A DNA stretch of 63,643 nucleotides, filler included, from Rhabdomonas costata (taxonomy: Eukaryota): the NCBI GenBank assembly GCA_019059605.1. It is 51 parts of 51 records of this genome, joined end to end, with 100 filler letters (N's around TTAATTAATTAA, not from the genome) between each part and the next. Parts side by side here need not be neighbours in the genome. Positions count along the whole stretch, not along the records: positions 1 to 1,150 come from JAHMHO010026146.1; positions 1,251 to 2,399 come from JAHMHO010026147.1; positions 2,500 to 3,651 come from JAHMHO010026148.1; positions 3,752 to 4,902 come from JAHMHO010026149.1; positions 5,003 to 6,152 come from JAHMHO010026150.1; positions 6,253 to 7,401 come from JAHMHO010026151.1; positions 7,502 to 8,651 come from JAHMHO010026152.1; positions 8,752 to 9,897 come from JAHMHO010026153.1; 43 more parts are not named here. One strand, 5' to 3'. Below the pieces are notes generated by a model. That model had not been told where the DNA came from and searched no databases. It worked only from the letters and a program-made list of their open reading frames with translations. Every line of letters starts with the position of its first letter. The stretch's first letter is position 1. Shown piece by piece: positions 1 through 10,641 of the stretch. The translations under genes were made by a program, and so were the position numbers.

Positions 1-841
1 GATTCTTTTTTATTATTTTTTTCTTATTTTTGTTGTTTGTTTTTTCGTGTTTTTTTATGTTGTTTATTTACACGAACATACTATTAATGTGAGCAACAAC
101 AAAAAAAACTGTTCTTCACGGAGTCCATGATTCCGATCGGGACCTTTGGACGCAGATCGCGGAGAGGAGGATGAAGTGAGAGGCGTCGGAGTTTTTCTCG
201 GCGACGAGGCTGTTCTTCGTGGCAGATCTGCCTCTCAGCGTGGATGACGGGCGGGCCGATCGATCGAGATCAGTCCCAGGTGGTGGGAATCCAAGGAGAT
301 CCGATAATTTCCTGGTCCTCCGATCATCGAAGTACACGAAACCCACATGCAAAACGCACTGAAAGGCGTACCTAGAGACCCAAGCCCGAGGGGCGTCGAG
401 GGTTTCTCGTGGAACGTCGAGAAGAGGACGAAGAACGAGACGAGGACGAAAAGCGATGTTCCAGATCACATCCAGGACCATGATTGGTTGCGAATACGCG
501 CAACTCTCTCCGCCGCCGGAGATTTGTTATTCTCTGTCGTCTTCGTCATCGTCGGCGAGGATGGCGGCGGCGAGGAGGCAGAGAGAGAAGGAGGAGGGTG
601 TTGGTGGAGTGGTGTGGTGGCTTCAGAGGAGAGACAAATTAATGAATTTTAATTTGCTTCTAGAAATAACGCGACATTTATGATGACCAAATCTTTGTAA
701 TTTTGTTTTATTATTCAGTTTAAAATGAGCGGGATATTTATTGAGTTCTGTTTGGTCTTTTAATTAGTTGCTAATTGGTGGGCGTGGCTATTTACTGGAA
801 ATTAACAAAAGGTTGGCTAAAAACAAAACCTCTATAACCAA

Positions 842-1057
842 ATGGCTATTAACCTATATAACCCAAATAAAATCTACTTAGACAAAACTATAATTTATTT
901 TAAGAATGATATCTCATCTAACCAATTTCATGGTGATCTTATATCCACTACCCCTATTTCTTTTATAAGGATCAAGTTAAATGCAAAACCTACGCATTCA
1001 GTTAATAGCGATGCAATAAATTACAATATAGGCTTCACCTATACCATTTACATATAA
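842..1057 (+). CDS. Short AT-rich intronless ORF, hypothetical (possibly viral or foreign)
   Basis: 71-aa ORF (MAINLYNPNKIYLDK...) with AT-rich codons unlike the GC3-rich host exons; no recognisable motif. Confidence 0.25.
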   Translation: MAINLYNPNKIYLDKTIIYFKNDISSNQFHGDLISTTPISFIRIKLNAKPTHSVNSDAINYNIGFTYTIYI

Positions 1058-1150
1058 ATTTTTCAACTCTTAGACGAGGAAAAGCCCTCCGATTTAGACA
1101 ACGCTGGTAACAGGCCATGAATCAAAGCGATATCAAATAACCCAACAAAA

Positions 1151-1250
1151 NNNNNNNNNNNNNNNNNNNNNNNNNNNNNNNNNNNNNNNNNNNNTTAATT
1201 AATTAANNNNNNNNNNNNNNNNNNNNNNNNNNNNNNNNNNNNNNNNNNNN
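1151..1250. other. Artificial contig spacer (first of about 50): N44-TTAATTAATTAA-N44, stop codons in all six frames
   Basis: Identical 100-nt linker recurs every ~1250 nt; flanking segments differ in composition and content. Confidence 0.99.
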
Positions 1251-1314
1251 CCGCCCCCCCCCCCCCACAAGCACACACGGTGCTTATCTGTTATGTGTGT
1301 CTTTTCTTTCGCAG

Positions 1315-2390
1315 GATGCCCGTGTTCGGCAGCAGGCCGCCGATCTGATCGCGCGGATCGCCCCTGTGATGAAGGCGTGCGAGGAGGAACAGCTGCTGAG
1401 TCACATGGGCTTGGTGCTGTACGAGTACCTGGGCGAGGAGTACCCCGAGGTATCACCCCACCCCTTTTTTCCCTTGTTGTGTGCGTGGGGGACCCAGTTT
1501 CACACAGTGCTGCTGCCAACCGCTGTGAAAGGATGAATAGAATAGAGTTCAGCGCTTTTGTTGCTCTGCCGGGTGCTGACGTGTGTTGTGTTTTTTTTTG
1601 CAACTGGAAAAACTGAAGAGAATGGCAAAGTCAAGGAATCTCCTCAACTAAAATGGCTGTGCGAGACATTATATCATATGCTTACGCTTGGATGGGACCC
1701 CTGAATGTTCAAGCAATGCAGCGGTGAGGAGCCCAACCCGCTGATATCGAAAACGCTGACAGCGTGGGTGCTGCAATGCGGTGCTTGATTGCAACCTACT
1801 CGGAAGTAAAAGAACTAAAACCCCAGCGATGACTTTTTGTACAAACGTCGGCTTTGAGTCTTCACGTGAAGTTTTGGAGACACCCCCCCTCCCCGTCGTT
1901 ACGGCAGTGACTTGCACGGTGTGGGGGCTTGCGCAGGTCTTGGGTTCAATTCTGAGCGCGATGAAAGCAATCGTGAACGTGATTGGGATGTCCCGGGTGA
2001 CCCCTCCGATCAAGGACTTGCTGCCCCGCCTCACTCCTATCCTCAAGAATCGCCACGAGAAGGTCACCACCGAATCGCAGGGGGGGGGGTCTCTCTCCAC
2101 TTTTCTCTCTCCTCGCCACCGTCACCGCAGAGCTCCGTAGAACGCATTTTTGGGTCCTGCGGCAGGTATCCCCATGTGTTACTGGCCCTTTGCGCCGCCC
2201 GTCTTGCTGTGCGCTGGTTGTGTGGTGGCCTGGGTGTAGGTATTGGAGAGCGGCTGCGGGATGGGCTCAGGTGCAAGAGAACTGCATCGACCTTGTGGGG
2301 CGGATTGCGGACCGTGGAGCGGAGTACGTGCCTGCCCGGGAGTGGATGAGGATCTGCTTTGAGCTGCTGGAGCTGCTGAAGGCCCACAAC
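1315..2390 (+). CDS. SF3B1: Splicing factor 3B subunit 1, HEAT-repeat region, partial; exons 1315-1449, 1937-2062, 2271-~2390
   Basis: Spliced peptide [16 protein letters not shown]...[17 protein letters not shown]...[59 protein letters not shown] matches the conserved SF3B1 sequence; GT-AG introns at 1450-1936 and 2063-2270. Confidence 0.97.
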
Positions 2391-3062
2391 CCCCAAACCN
2401 NNNNNNNNNNNNNNNNNNNNNNNNNNNNNNNNNNNNNNNNNNNTTAATTAATTAANNNNNNNNNNNNNNNNNNNNNNNNNNNNNNNNNNNNNNNNNNNNG
2501 GGGTTGGGGCGAAGTATGCAACCAGCCGACCAAAAGAAATGTGGTCTAAAAATTGCACAACGAATAATGCTCGACGCTTCCCTTCTCAAAAGCATACTGG
2601 CGGGACGCTCGTCGTCCCCACCCTCTGGACCCGTTATCGTACGGTGCACTTCGAAGAAAAAGCCCTCAGCGAACCGAACCAAAACCGCGGTTCTTGACCA
2701 CCAAAAACCAAAACACATGGAACTCGCAGCTTCACAACCACTAAGCAAACAGTTCCACGGCGGAAGCCTCAGCTGTCAAGCGGTTCAGAGAAAAAGCAGA
2801 CTATACTTTTTGGTTGTGCCCTTTACTACATAAAATTCCCTCTGAAAAAAATGCAACAATAAAAGAAGTGCGTTTCCAGCAGAAAATCGGGCTTCAAAAA
2901 ACATGCGGAATGGGAGTGGACTCCTGTGTAGTTGCTGCTGTTGTCTTGTTTCACCAGTGTCTTCCTTCATTGACTGTTTAAAAGCTTTTGTTGTTGTTCC
3001 TCCCTTCAAACTGTACTGTTTTCCCGCACTCACGTTCTCATCTTCTCTTTGCATATGTGCAG

Positions 3063-3426
3063 CTGTTGCGTGCGCCGGACTTTGAACACTGGACTTTTGT
3101 GTTCACAGATTTTTTTTTGCCGAAATATGCAAACATAAGCAAAATATTCTCAGCAGAAAATCCGGACCGGTGGTTTCCTTGCGAGAGAATCGTAAGTGTC
3201 ACACAGTGTGCCACATTCCTGAGTGCGTTTGATGTTCCCCTCTTCCCTTCTTCCTTTTTCTTTTTTCTTGTTTACCTTGTCATTTGCGCGAGCCGAGCTC
3301 TCTTTGCTTCAGTTACCCATCGCCCTAATACCCATGCGATTGCTTCGAACACATTGTCCAAAAGGGTGTCGACTCGGCAACTTTTATTATCTGCAAAATG
3401 AGCAACAATGCAAGGGATCATTAAAG
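3063..3426 (+). CDS. Two internal exons of an unknown protein (3063-3191, 3313-~3426)
   Basis: tgcag| acceptor, |gtaagt donor at 3192, ttcag| acceptor at 3312; joined in frame as LLRAPDFEHWTFVF...WFPCERI|LPIALIPMRLL... Confidence 0.5.
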
Positions 3427-4230
3427 GCCAGCTGCGGGCCAAGGACAAGGACAAGGAGGGAGTTGGCCTGGTTTTTTTTTTCCTTTTGCACACATGGAGA
3501 GATCTGGACTTCCTTCTTGTGTTGGCTTCGCAAGTTGTGAGTGGCTATCAAACACCCAGATTGCGAGGAAAAAGAAGCGGCGCAACAAACAGATAAAAAA
3601 CAAAGCCCCCGCTCTCCCCCCATCTCTCCTGGTAACGGACAGCCTGTTAGTNNNNNNNNNNNNNNNNNNNNNNNNNNNNNNNNNNNNNNNNNNNNTTAAT
3701 TAATTAANNNNNNNNNNNNNNNNNNNNNNNNNNNNNNNNNNNNNNNNNNNNGTTTGATGACGTGTGTGTTCTGTTTGTCGATATAATATGTATCGATTTC
3801 TATTTCCGGTATTTTGGGATAAACTCAGCCGCTGACTCTGTCTCCTGGAAATATTTTTTTTCGGTACCACGTCCATCATTTTCCTTCTGCTTATCTACGT
3901 AGTTATAAAATGTTCACTAATCAATCCTGACTTCTTTAATGTTCGACAAAGGATACACCTCAACAGTGGACGTTGCAATATGTGTTTTTGGTTTTGCCTG
4001 CTGTTTATCAACGCAATGGTTCACAGCAGAGCGGAGGGTTATTTTTAGTATCATTTTGAAATGTGTTTTTCTGTGCAAATGTATCATTCAGATTGGAATA
4101 TATTGCAGATGAATGCTTTCAGTATACGCGGAGCCTTCCGTATTTTCAAGACGTGTGATTAAAGTCGTTGCTACATCTAGATGTCGTTTTGTTTTCCTGG
4201 CGCTCATTTATGTTTCGACTTTGTGTAATT

Positions 4231-4249
4231 GGTTTGTTTGTTTGTTTGT

Positions 4250-4285
<36 letters not shown>
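4231..4285 (+). repeat. Compound microsatellite (GTTT)n(GCTT)n
   Basis: Directly visible tetranucleotide runs. Confidence 0.9.
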
Positions 4286-6609
4286 TTTTGTGTTGGTTTG
4301 GTTTGGTTTATTTTTCGAAACACGTTCTTTTGTGTGTAATCTTTCTTCTGTTATTTGGTGTTTTTGTGGTAACAAACTCTTTCGGACTACTGTTTAGACC
4401 TTCAAACACTCTATCGTTGTTAGGAACTCAGAGTGAATTAGTTAGAATAGATTCGACTCAATACAAACTCAACGTGTCACTCATCAACTTCAAAATAATA
4501 TGAGCACACACCATATCGATGTTACATGTTCCATCATGTTTTACTCGCATGCAAAGCAAATAAGAACCATGCTTTTTTTATCAGGACTCTGTGTATGTAA
4601 TCCGTAAATGCTCTTGTATCACGTAGCCTACAGTGGTGCTTTATTGCAAAAAAGGCTTGCGCGTTCAAACTATTCACGTATAATGACGCAATCATGTATA
4701 ATCTATTCACATATAGTCACGCTGAAATTATTGGACAACTCCAGAATAAAACAGCACCGCAAATACCGCAACAGCGCAAACCGTGGAAAAGAACGGTGAG
4801 AGAATGATTCATGCTTAGTTAGTAGGTTATTATCAAGACCTCTTTATTATGAAGACTTGTAAATAAACGTGGAGACACAGTATAGGCACAAAGAGAATAC
4901 AANNNNNNNNNNNNNNNNNNNNNNNNNNNNNNNNNNNNNNNNNNNNTTAATTAATTAANNNNNNNNNNNNNNNNNNNNNNNNNNNNNNNNNNNNNNNNNN
5001 NNGGTTTTTTGGGACTTCTATGGGACTGATACGTGCGTGGCAGGGACCAGGAGTACCTCCAGGTGCACGACTGGGTTGCTGCTTCTGATTCCTTCAATAT
5101 CTGCAGTCCCGTGCGCCACTCCACTGCGGGGTTTGGGAAGCTCCCGAAAAACGGGCTCCTCTTGCTGAGCTCAAGACGTGTCCCCTTCCTCTCCTGGTCA
5201 TTTGTTTTTCCAAGGTCTCTGTACGGCTGTTTCAGCTCATTCGTGTTCGGGCATCCTTTGTGCAGGCTTTCTTTCTGTGAGAGCGCTTTTTGTTGCCTGC
5301 ACAAGGGGTGCGCGTTGGAGTGTTTGTTTGTGTGTGGTGTAACTTGGGCAGGAGCAGAAATGGTGTGTTTTGAGTGGGAGGGTGGGGTGTCGATGTTTGT
5401 GGGTACGGTGGGTTTGGGGCTATCCTTCTCTGAGGATTTGATTCGCCTCGTGTCGCTTGCCTTTTGATTTCCGTGGGTTTCTTTGGTGTAAGTTTTGGTT
5501 GTAGTCGCCGGTGATTATGAGAGCTGGCCGACGCCTTGCACTGTTGTAGAAAGGCTTGGTATCAGGCTTCGTCGACCCCTAGACTGGTCTTAGGGGCTCT
5601 GACGCCGGTTCATGCCTTCTTTTGCGTCGTACTTCTTTCCTCCACGGTCTCCCAGAGGTACCGTGCTATCACCCACCCACCCTCCTCCCATTCACGCCAA
5701 ACCGAACTCTCTCCTGGGATTATCCGAGATGCCTTGCTGGGGTGTCTCCTTTCAGTGTTCAGCGCATGTGCGGTTCCTTGCGCCTGCCCTTGTTCTTTTG
5801 AGTGTAGCTCCTTGAATGGAAGGAGGGAATGTTGCACACTTTCAATTCCCAGCCGATGAGAATGAAAGAGTGTGAATGCCAGCCACGATTTTCCCTCTCC
5901 ACCATTCCTCTACCACGTGCACTCAAATCCTGTCCCGCGCCTTGCCTTTTCCCGCGAACATTTTTTCCCTGATTAGGGTGGGTTTCCTGCAATCTTGTGG
6001 CCTGCCTCTTCTGCCCGTGTCATCAGCATGGCCTTTCAGGTGTTCCGGTTGTGGCCTAGCAGCAGCTTGGCTGGTGCATTTTTTGCGCACCGGATGCGCC
6101 TCTCTTTGAAGGCAATTGTTATTCCGGAGCAGGAGAGGCAGGCCACACAACANNNNNNNNNNNNNNNNNNNNNNNNNNNNNNNNNNNNNNNNNNNNTTAA
6201 TTAATTAANNNNNNNNNNNNNNNNNNNNNNNNNNNNNNNNNNNNNNNNNNNNGGTTGGGTGGTGATGCACGGGTCCCCTGGGATTCTGATCGAGGCTTTC
6301 GCAGGGGGTTGGTGGCGATGCATGGGTCCCCTGGGATGGCATTAGAAGCTTTTGCGTCGTTGCCATAATGCGCACCAGCGCACCGGCAAATCCTGATCCA
6401 TGAAACAAAGAAAGACGGGGCGCAATTGAGTGTAGCATGGAACATGTTCCTTGTCCTTCCGCGTGACTCCTGTTCTAGAGACATGGCACCGCGTCATAGG
6501 AGGGGGTGGCTAAAAGGCTGCGGCTTACAATTGAAAGGAATTTTTCAGTCTCGTATGTGATGCAGTGCAGTTGTTGCTCCCCCGACAACAAGATGGAGGG
6601 CAAGCCGAC

Positions 6610-6745
6610 CGGCTTCCGGCAAAGGACACGGGCTCCTTGGGTCCAGGCACGTTGGTGAACAGCAGGTGGAACTTGCTCAGCAGGAAGTGCGTCAGGGCAA
6701 TGAATATCTTGGAAGGCAACAGGGCCCCAGCAATCTGGTTCGAAA
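6610..6745 (-). CDS. Exon of a wax ester synthase/diacylglycerol acyltransferase (WS/DGAT, C-terminal domain)
   Basis: Peptide ...LLSKFHLLFTNVPGPKEPVSFAGS contains the (S/T)NVPGP motif of the WS/DGAT C-terminal domain; flanked by cacag| and |gt. Confidence 0.7.
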
Positions 6746-7196
6746 CTGTGAGGTATGAGGGGCATAGTCAAGCGAGCGAGCGAGCGAGAGACGGGGAAAC
6801 AGAGTGGCGTGAAGGTGTTCGCAAGAGGTGTGCTGCGCAGGCGGGAGAGCACACTGGGGCGGAGCTCCAGGCTCGTACAGCCCGCCATATAACGACGGGA
6901 TAATGTGACCGCTTTACGTGACACCCCTTTTACCAAGACTGGCAGAATGCTGGTTTGATCAGCGTTCAAGGCATGAAAGCACGACACCGCACCAGCTGCA
7001 GCGCTAAATGCCTATTCCCAGCGCCTCTGTCAACCCCTGAAATTGAAGCCACGGCAAAAGGGACTCGGATGAAAGGCTAAGAGAGGAAGCTTTGCCACCA
7101 AGACTGAGGGAATCCAGGCAGATTATCGGCCGAAATTTCATTTGTCCACGAGGGGGGATGCCATTTTTTCCTTAGAGGGAGGCGGGATTTCTTTCT

Positions 7197-7227
<31 letters not shown>

Positions 7228-7384
7228 TGGGTCGCGGCCCCTTTGGACGTTCATAACCCACCCCCCCCCTTTGGGCCGAATGTCAAAACCCCAATCCTCT
7301 TTGAACACATGTCATTTCGGCCAATAAACTTGAGCCTAATACCAAGACCAAGTGCTCCATACGAGGTCGTACATACCAAAAACC

Positions 7385-7401
7385 CCAAACACACCCACCA
7401 C
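7385..7401 (-). other. Whole-genome-amplification primer remnant GTGGTGGGTGTGTTTGG (also at 11248-11264 and 23753-23769 on +; degenerate G/T tails on many contig ends)
   Basis: Same 17-mer at three independent contig termini; resembles the GenomePlex/WTA universal primer end (...GGGTGTGTTTGG), recalled from memory. Confidence 0.8.
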
Positions 7402-9032
7402 NNNNNNNNNNNNNNNNNNNNNNNNNNNNNNNNNNNNNNNNNNNNTTAATTAATTAANNNNNNNNNNNNNNNNNNNNNNNNNNNNNNNNNNNNNNNNNNN
7501 NTGTTGTGGACGCACCCGAATAGCTCGGGAATGATGACGATGTGTTTTAAACGGATGTTTCTGCAGAAGTCGTACTTCAAATGTTTGATTTCGAACATGA
7601 AGTGGTCTTTTGATGTGCATGCTTTCCATTGTTTCCCGCATTTCCTTTGCATTTTGCTAAATAGCATTGTCCAATTTTCCATGCATATGCCTTTTGTATT
7701 TGCGACGCAATTGATCCGCAATTGATCTTGTGTCTTTCTTCATTCCTTGGCTCAGACACCTCTGGACTGCATAACTTAAGTAGCTTTGTTCGTATTCGTC
7801 CTTCTGCATACTTCGCTTTGAAAATCCGCGAGAATTTAGTTGCTTTCAAATTCCCCCAAATAAAACCCTCGGCAGGGATTTCCCCTTCTTCTGGGTGGCA
7901 GGAAAGCAGAGGCAAGAGATTGAAAAAGCTGACCGCCGGAAGGACAAGAAGCGGCAGGAAGAGAACCAGCGAAAGAGCTTGCAGGTGATTTGCTTCTTGA
8001 TTTTCACGTATCGTTATGTGTTCGGCTTTCAGCGGGCAATCGGAAGTGAAAGTATGTTGAACATATGTTTTCTTGCAAGACCTGTTCCGATTTCATAGCT
8101 TAGTGTCGTCATTATGTCGAACCGATCAGTTCATCAGTTGGCAGGCAGAGCTAATGCTAGTTGCGACTGAGTAATCCGTGTGAACGGTGGGTGTGCTTAC
8201 TGTCTTTTGCTGACTGGGCTGCTGTTGCTCCTGTTGCAAGGTCAAAGTGAGCAAATAATACAGAGTAAATCGAGTGGATATAGACTGGATCCTGCCTTCC
8301 CGCTCTGAGGAGCAATTTTATTCGATCTGGAGATCCTTCTTATCTCATTATTTGACACCAAGGGAAACCCTTTTCCTTGCTCTATAGGTTGCAGTCGTTT
8401 TTTTTTGGATGGGCTCATTCTCGTATTTTACACGCTCTGGAAGAACTCGCTGTATAGTGCCCTGTTGTTGTCGACCGTCTTCTGTTACTCGTGTCTTGTG
8501 AATGCCATCAGCAGTTTGAACGACTGATGCACACTTCTTCGTGTGCATGAATACCGGTACGGGTCATGAACACGAAGAAGTGTGCATCAGTCGTTCAAAC
8601 TGCTGATGGCATTCACAAGACACGAGTAACAGAAGACGGTCAACAACAACANNNNNNNNNNNNNNNNNNNNNNNNNNNNNNNNNNNNNNNNNNNNTTAAT
8701 TAATTAANNNNNNNNNNNNNNNNNNNNNNNNNNNNNNNNNNNNNNNNNNNNGGGTGTGTGGTAATGCGGGGAAGCAGGAAAACATTGAAAATAATAGAAA
8801 TTTATTAAGTGGTGGTTATGCGGCTGGCTGGCTGGTTGGTTCTTTTACTTGGTATTACTGCTTCTTGCATGGAGAGGTTGGAAAGGTTTCACTTAGAGTA
8901 CTTGAAATAACTTGCAAATGTGAATTGCATTTCAACGGTTCCAAAGATAAAAAATAAAAATGCGCGAAAAAGCGAATTGCTGCAAGACATCGCTGCAGCT
9001 ATTGCCAGAGCTTTGTTTCTATTGGGAGGCAC

Positions 9033-9695
9033 CTCCTCAATGAGGTGGTGCACCATCTGCGCCATGTCCTGCGCTGTTGGGGCCCGAGCTTGAGCTTGAG
9101 CTTGAGCCTGAGCCTGACCTTGAGCCTGAGCCTGGGCAGGGGCGGCGGACCCATGTGTCCCAGTCGCGGGCTGCCGAGCTCTCGAGTCTCCCATGGGTAC
9201 CGTCGCATAACCCGGTTGTGGTTGTGCCCTCCGCTGGGGGGCAGCAGCGGAGTATCCCCCAGGGGGAACCGCCGCAGAACCTCCACCTGGACGCGGAAGG
9301 GCTGCCTGAAAAAGCAAATGAGGCCTTCTTTGACTTGTTATTTTTTCTTCGTGATGTCGATCTGTGTGAATTACACGGACACACCATTCACAGCCACAAA
9401 AAAGTGGCACGTTTGCTCTTCACCCATAAATCTGCAAGTTTGCAGATGCGGAAGTAGCCCCGGACAAAAGGTCAGGAAAATTTAAAACCCTTCACGTAAA
9501 AATGGGGTAGAAGCGCAAAGCCACCTCGTCCGTAAGCAAGGTGTCTTCGTCCTTCAACCCACTGAAATTGGCACCTCGTCCCAGAGCTTGCTGGTATAAA
9601 GCGGACAAGGGCATGTAATGAGGCTTGCTGCGGAAGGAGTTGTGCCAGGAGTTGATCATGTGTAGAGCTTTCTCCTGGGTCTCACGCTCCCCAGA
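9033..9695 (-). CDS. VHS-domain protein (TOM1/GGA-like), partial; exons 9695-9525 and 9305-9033
   Basis: Exon 1, SGERETQEKALHMINSWHNSFRSKPHYMPLSALYQQALGRGANF, matches the VHS C-terminal helices (K.L..I..W...F....Y..L..G..F). It is followed by an Ala/Pro/Gln linker and a possible GAT start; GT-AG intron 9306-9524. Confidence 0.75.
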
Positions 9696-10428
9696 CTGAA
9701 AACCAGCACAACAAAGGAGTGGGTGAGAATTCTAACAATTATCATACTCTGACTCAGCATGATACCATCCACTCGAAACTCATGCGTGCAACAGAGATCC
9801 GAAAACATGCGGCATGCGGGTTCCCCAAGGGAGGGAGGGAGAGAGAGACAAGCAAGCCAAGGCAAAGGTCAAACCCCTCGCCCCCCCACCCACAAACNNN
9901 NNNNNNNNNNNNNNNNNNNNNNNNNNNNNNNNNNNNNNNNNTTAATTAATTAANNNNNNNNNNNNNNNNNNNNNNNNNNNNNNNNNNNNNNNNNNNNTTT
10001 TTGTACCTTGGTTGCCCTCGCTGAATTGAAATAAGGTGAATATTCATCTCTTTCTCAACTGGTGTGCGCTTTCTCTGCGCCTCGGTGCAGCCTTGTGGTG
10101 TGCGCCGTTGGGTTACCGTGATGTGAAGGCAACCAAGGTACAAAATAAGCCATGCAAAGCTTCCACCCAGCCTAAAGTTAGTTTTTCATGTAGCTGTGAC
10201 GTGAGATCATCAATGAGTATAGTTTTGGACACCCGGTACTCCTGACTGTTTATGTTGTCAGCCGCAAACGTCTAACTTCCTGAACCTGCTTCTGAGTTTC
10301 TGACTTGCGGACTGGTTGCGGATTGTGTGCATTCATCCGCAACCACGGATTACAGTCGATTGCGAAAACGAACGAATAGGATTCATACCGCGGTCAGTGC
10401 GCAGAGCTCAGACGCGGCAACCCGCTAG

Positions 10429-10641
10429 GCGCAAGCCCAGCGAGTGGTGGAGATCGCCTCGAGTCGGGCGAGGGTGGAGAGTGCGCTGCCAGGCTCGGCT
10501 GCGGGGAAGGAGCTTCGGGCGCTACGCGTTCTTGTGGGCAGGCTGACGGCAGAGGCCACGATCGTAGCGCGAACTATCCTCTCCTCTCCTCCGCAGGAGC
10601 TTAGCTTCGCTTGGAAGGTGCGCAACATCCTCCCTCCCTAA
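10429..10641 (+). CDS. Probable terminal exon of an unknown protein
   Basis: tag| acceptor, GC3-rich helical peptide ending ...FAWKVRNILPP*. Confidence 0.35.
   Translation, partial: AQAQRVVEIASSRARVESALPGSAAGKELRALRVLVGRLTAEATIVARTILSSPPQELSFAWKVRNILPP

Noticed and set aside
1195-1206. TTAATTAATTAA repeated every ~1250 nt, superficially a regularly spaced repeat or CRISPR-like array
   Set aside because: Always centred in N runs; an artificial six-frame-stop linker between contigs.
5003-6152. Purine-skewed contig suggestive of a decayed non-LTR retrotransposon (similarly 43747-44896 and 62640-63130)
   Set aside because: No RT, endonuclease or RNase H motif could be identified in any frame I read.
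8463-8651. Near-perfect ~85-bp-arm inverted repeat
   Set aside because: Ends exactly at the contig terminus in a primer-like tail, with an imperfect seed next to the loop: the pattern of a fold-back chimera from whole-genome amplification.
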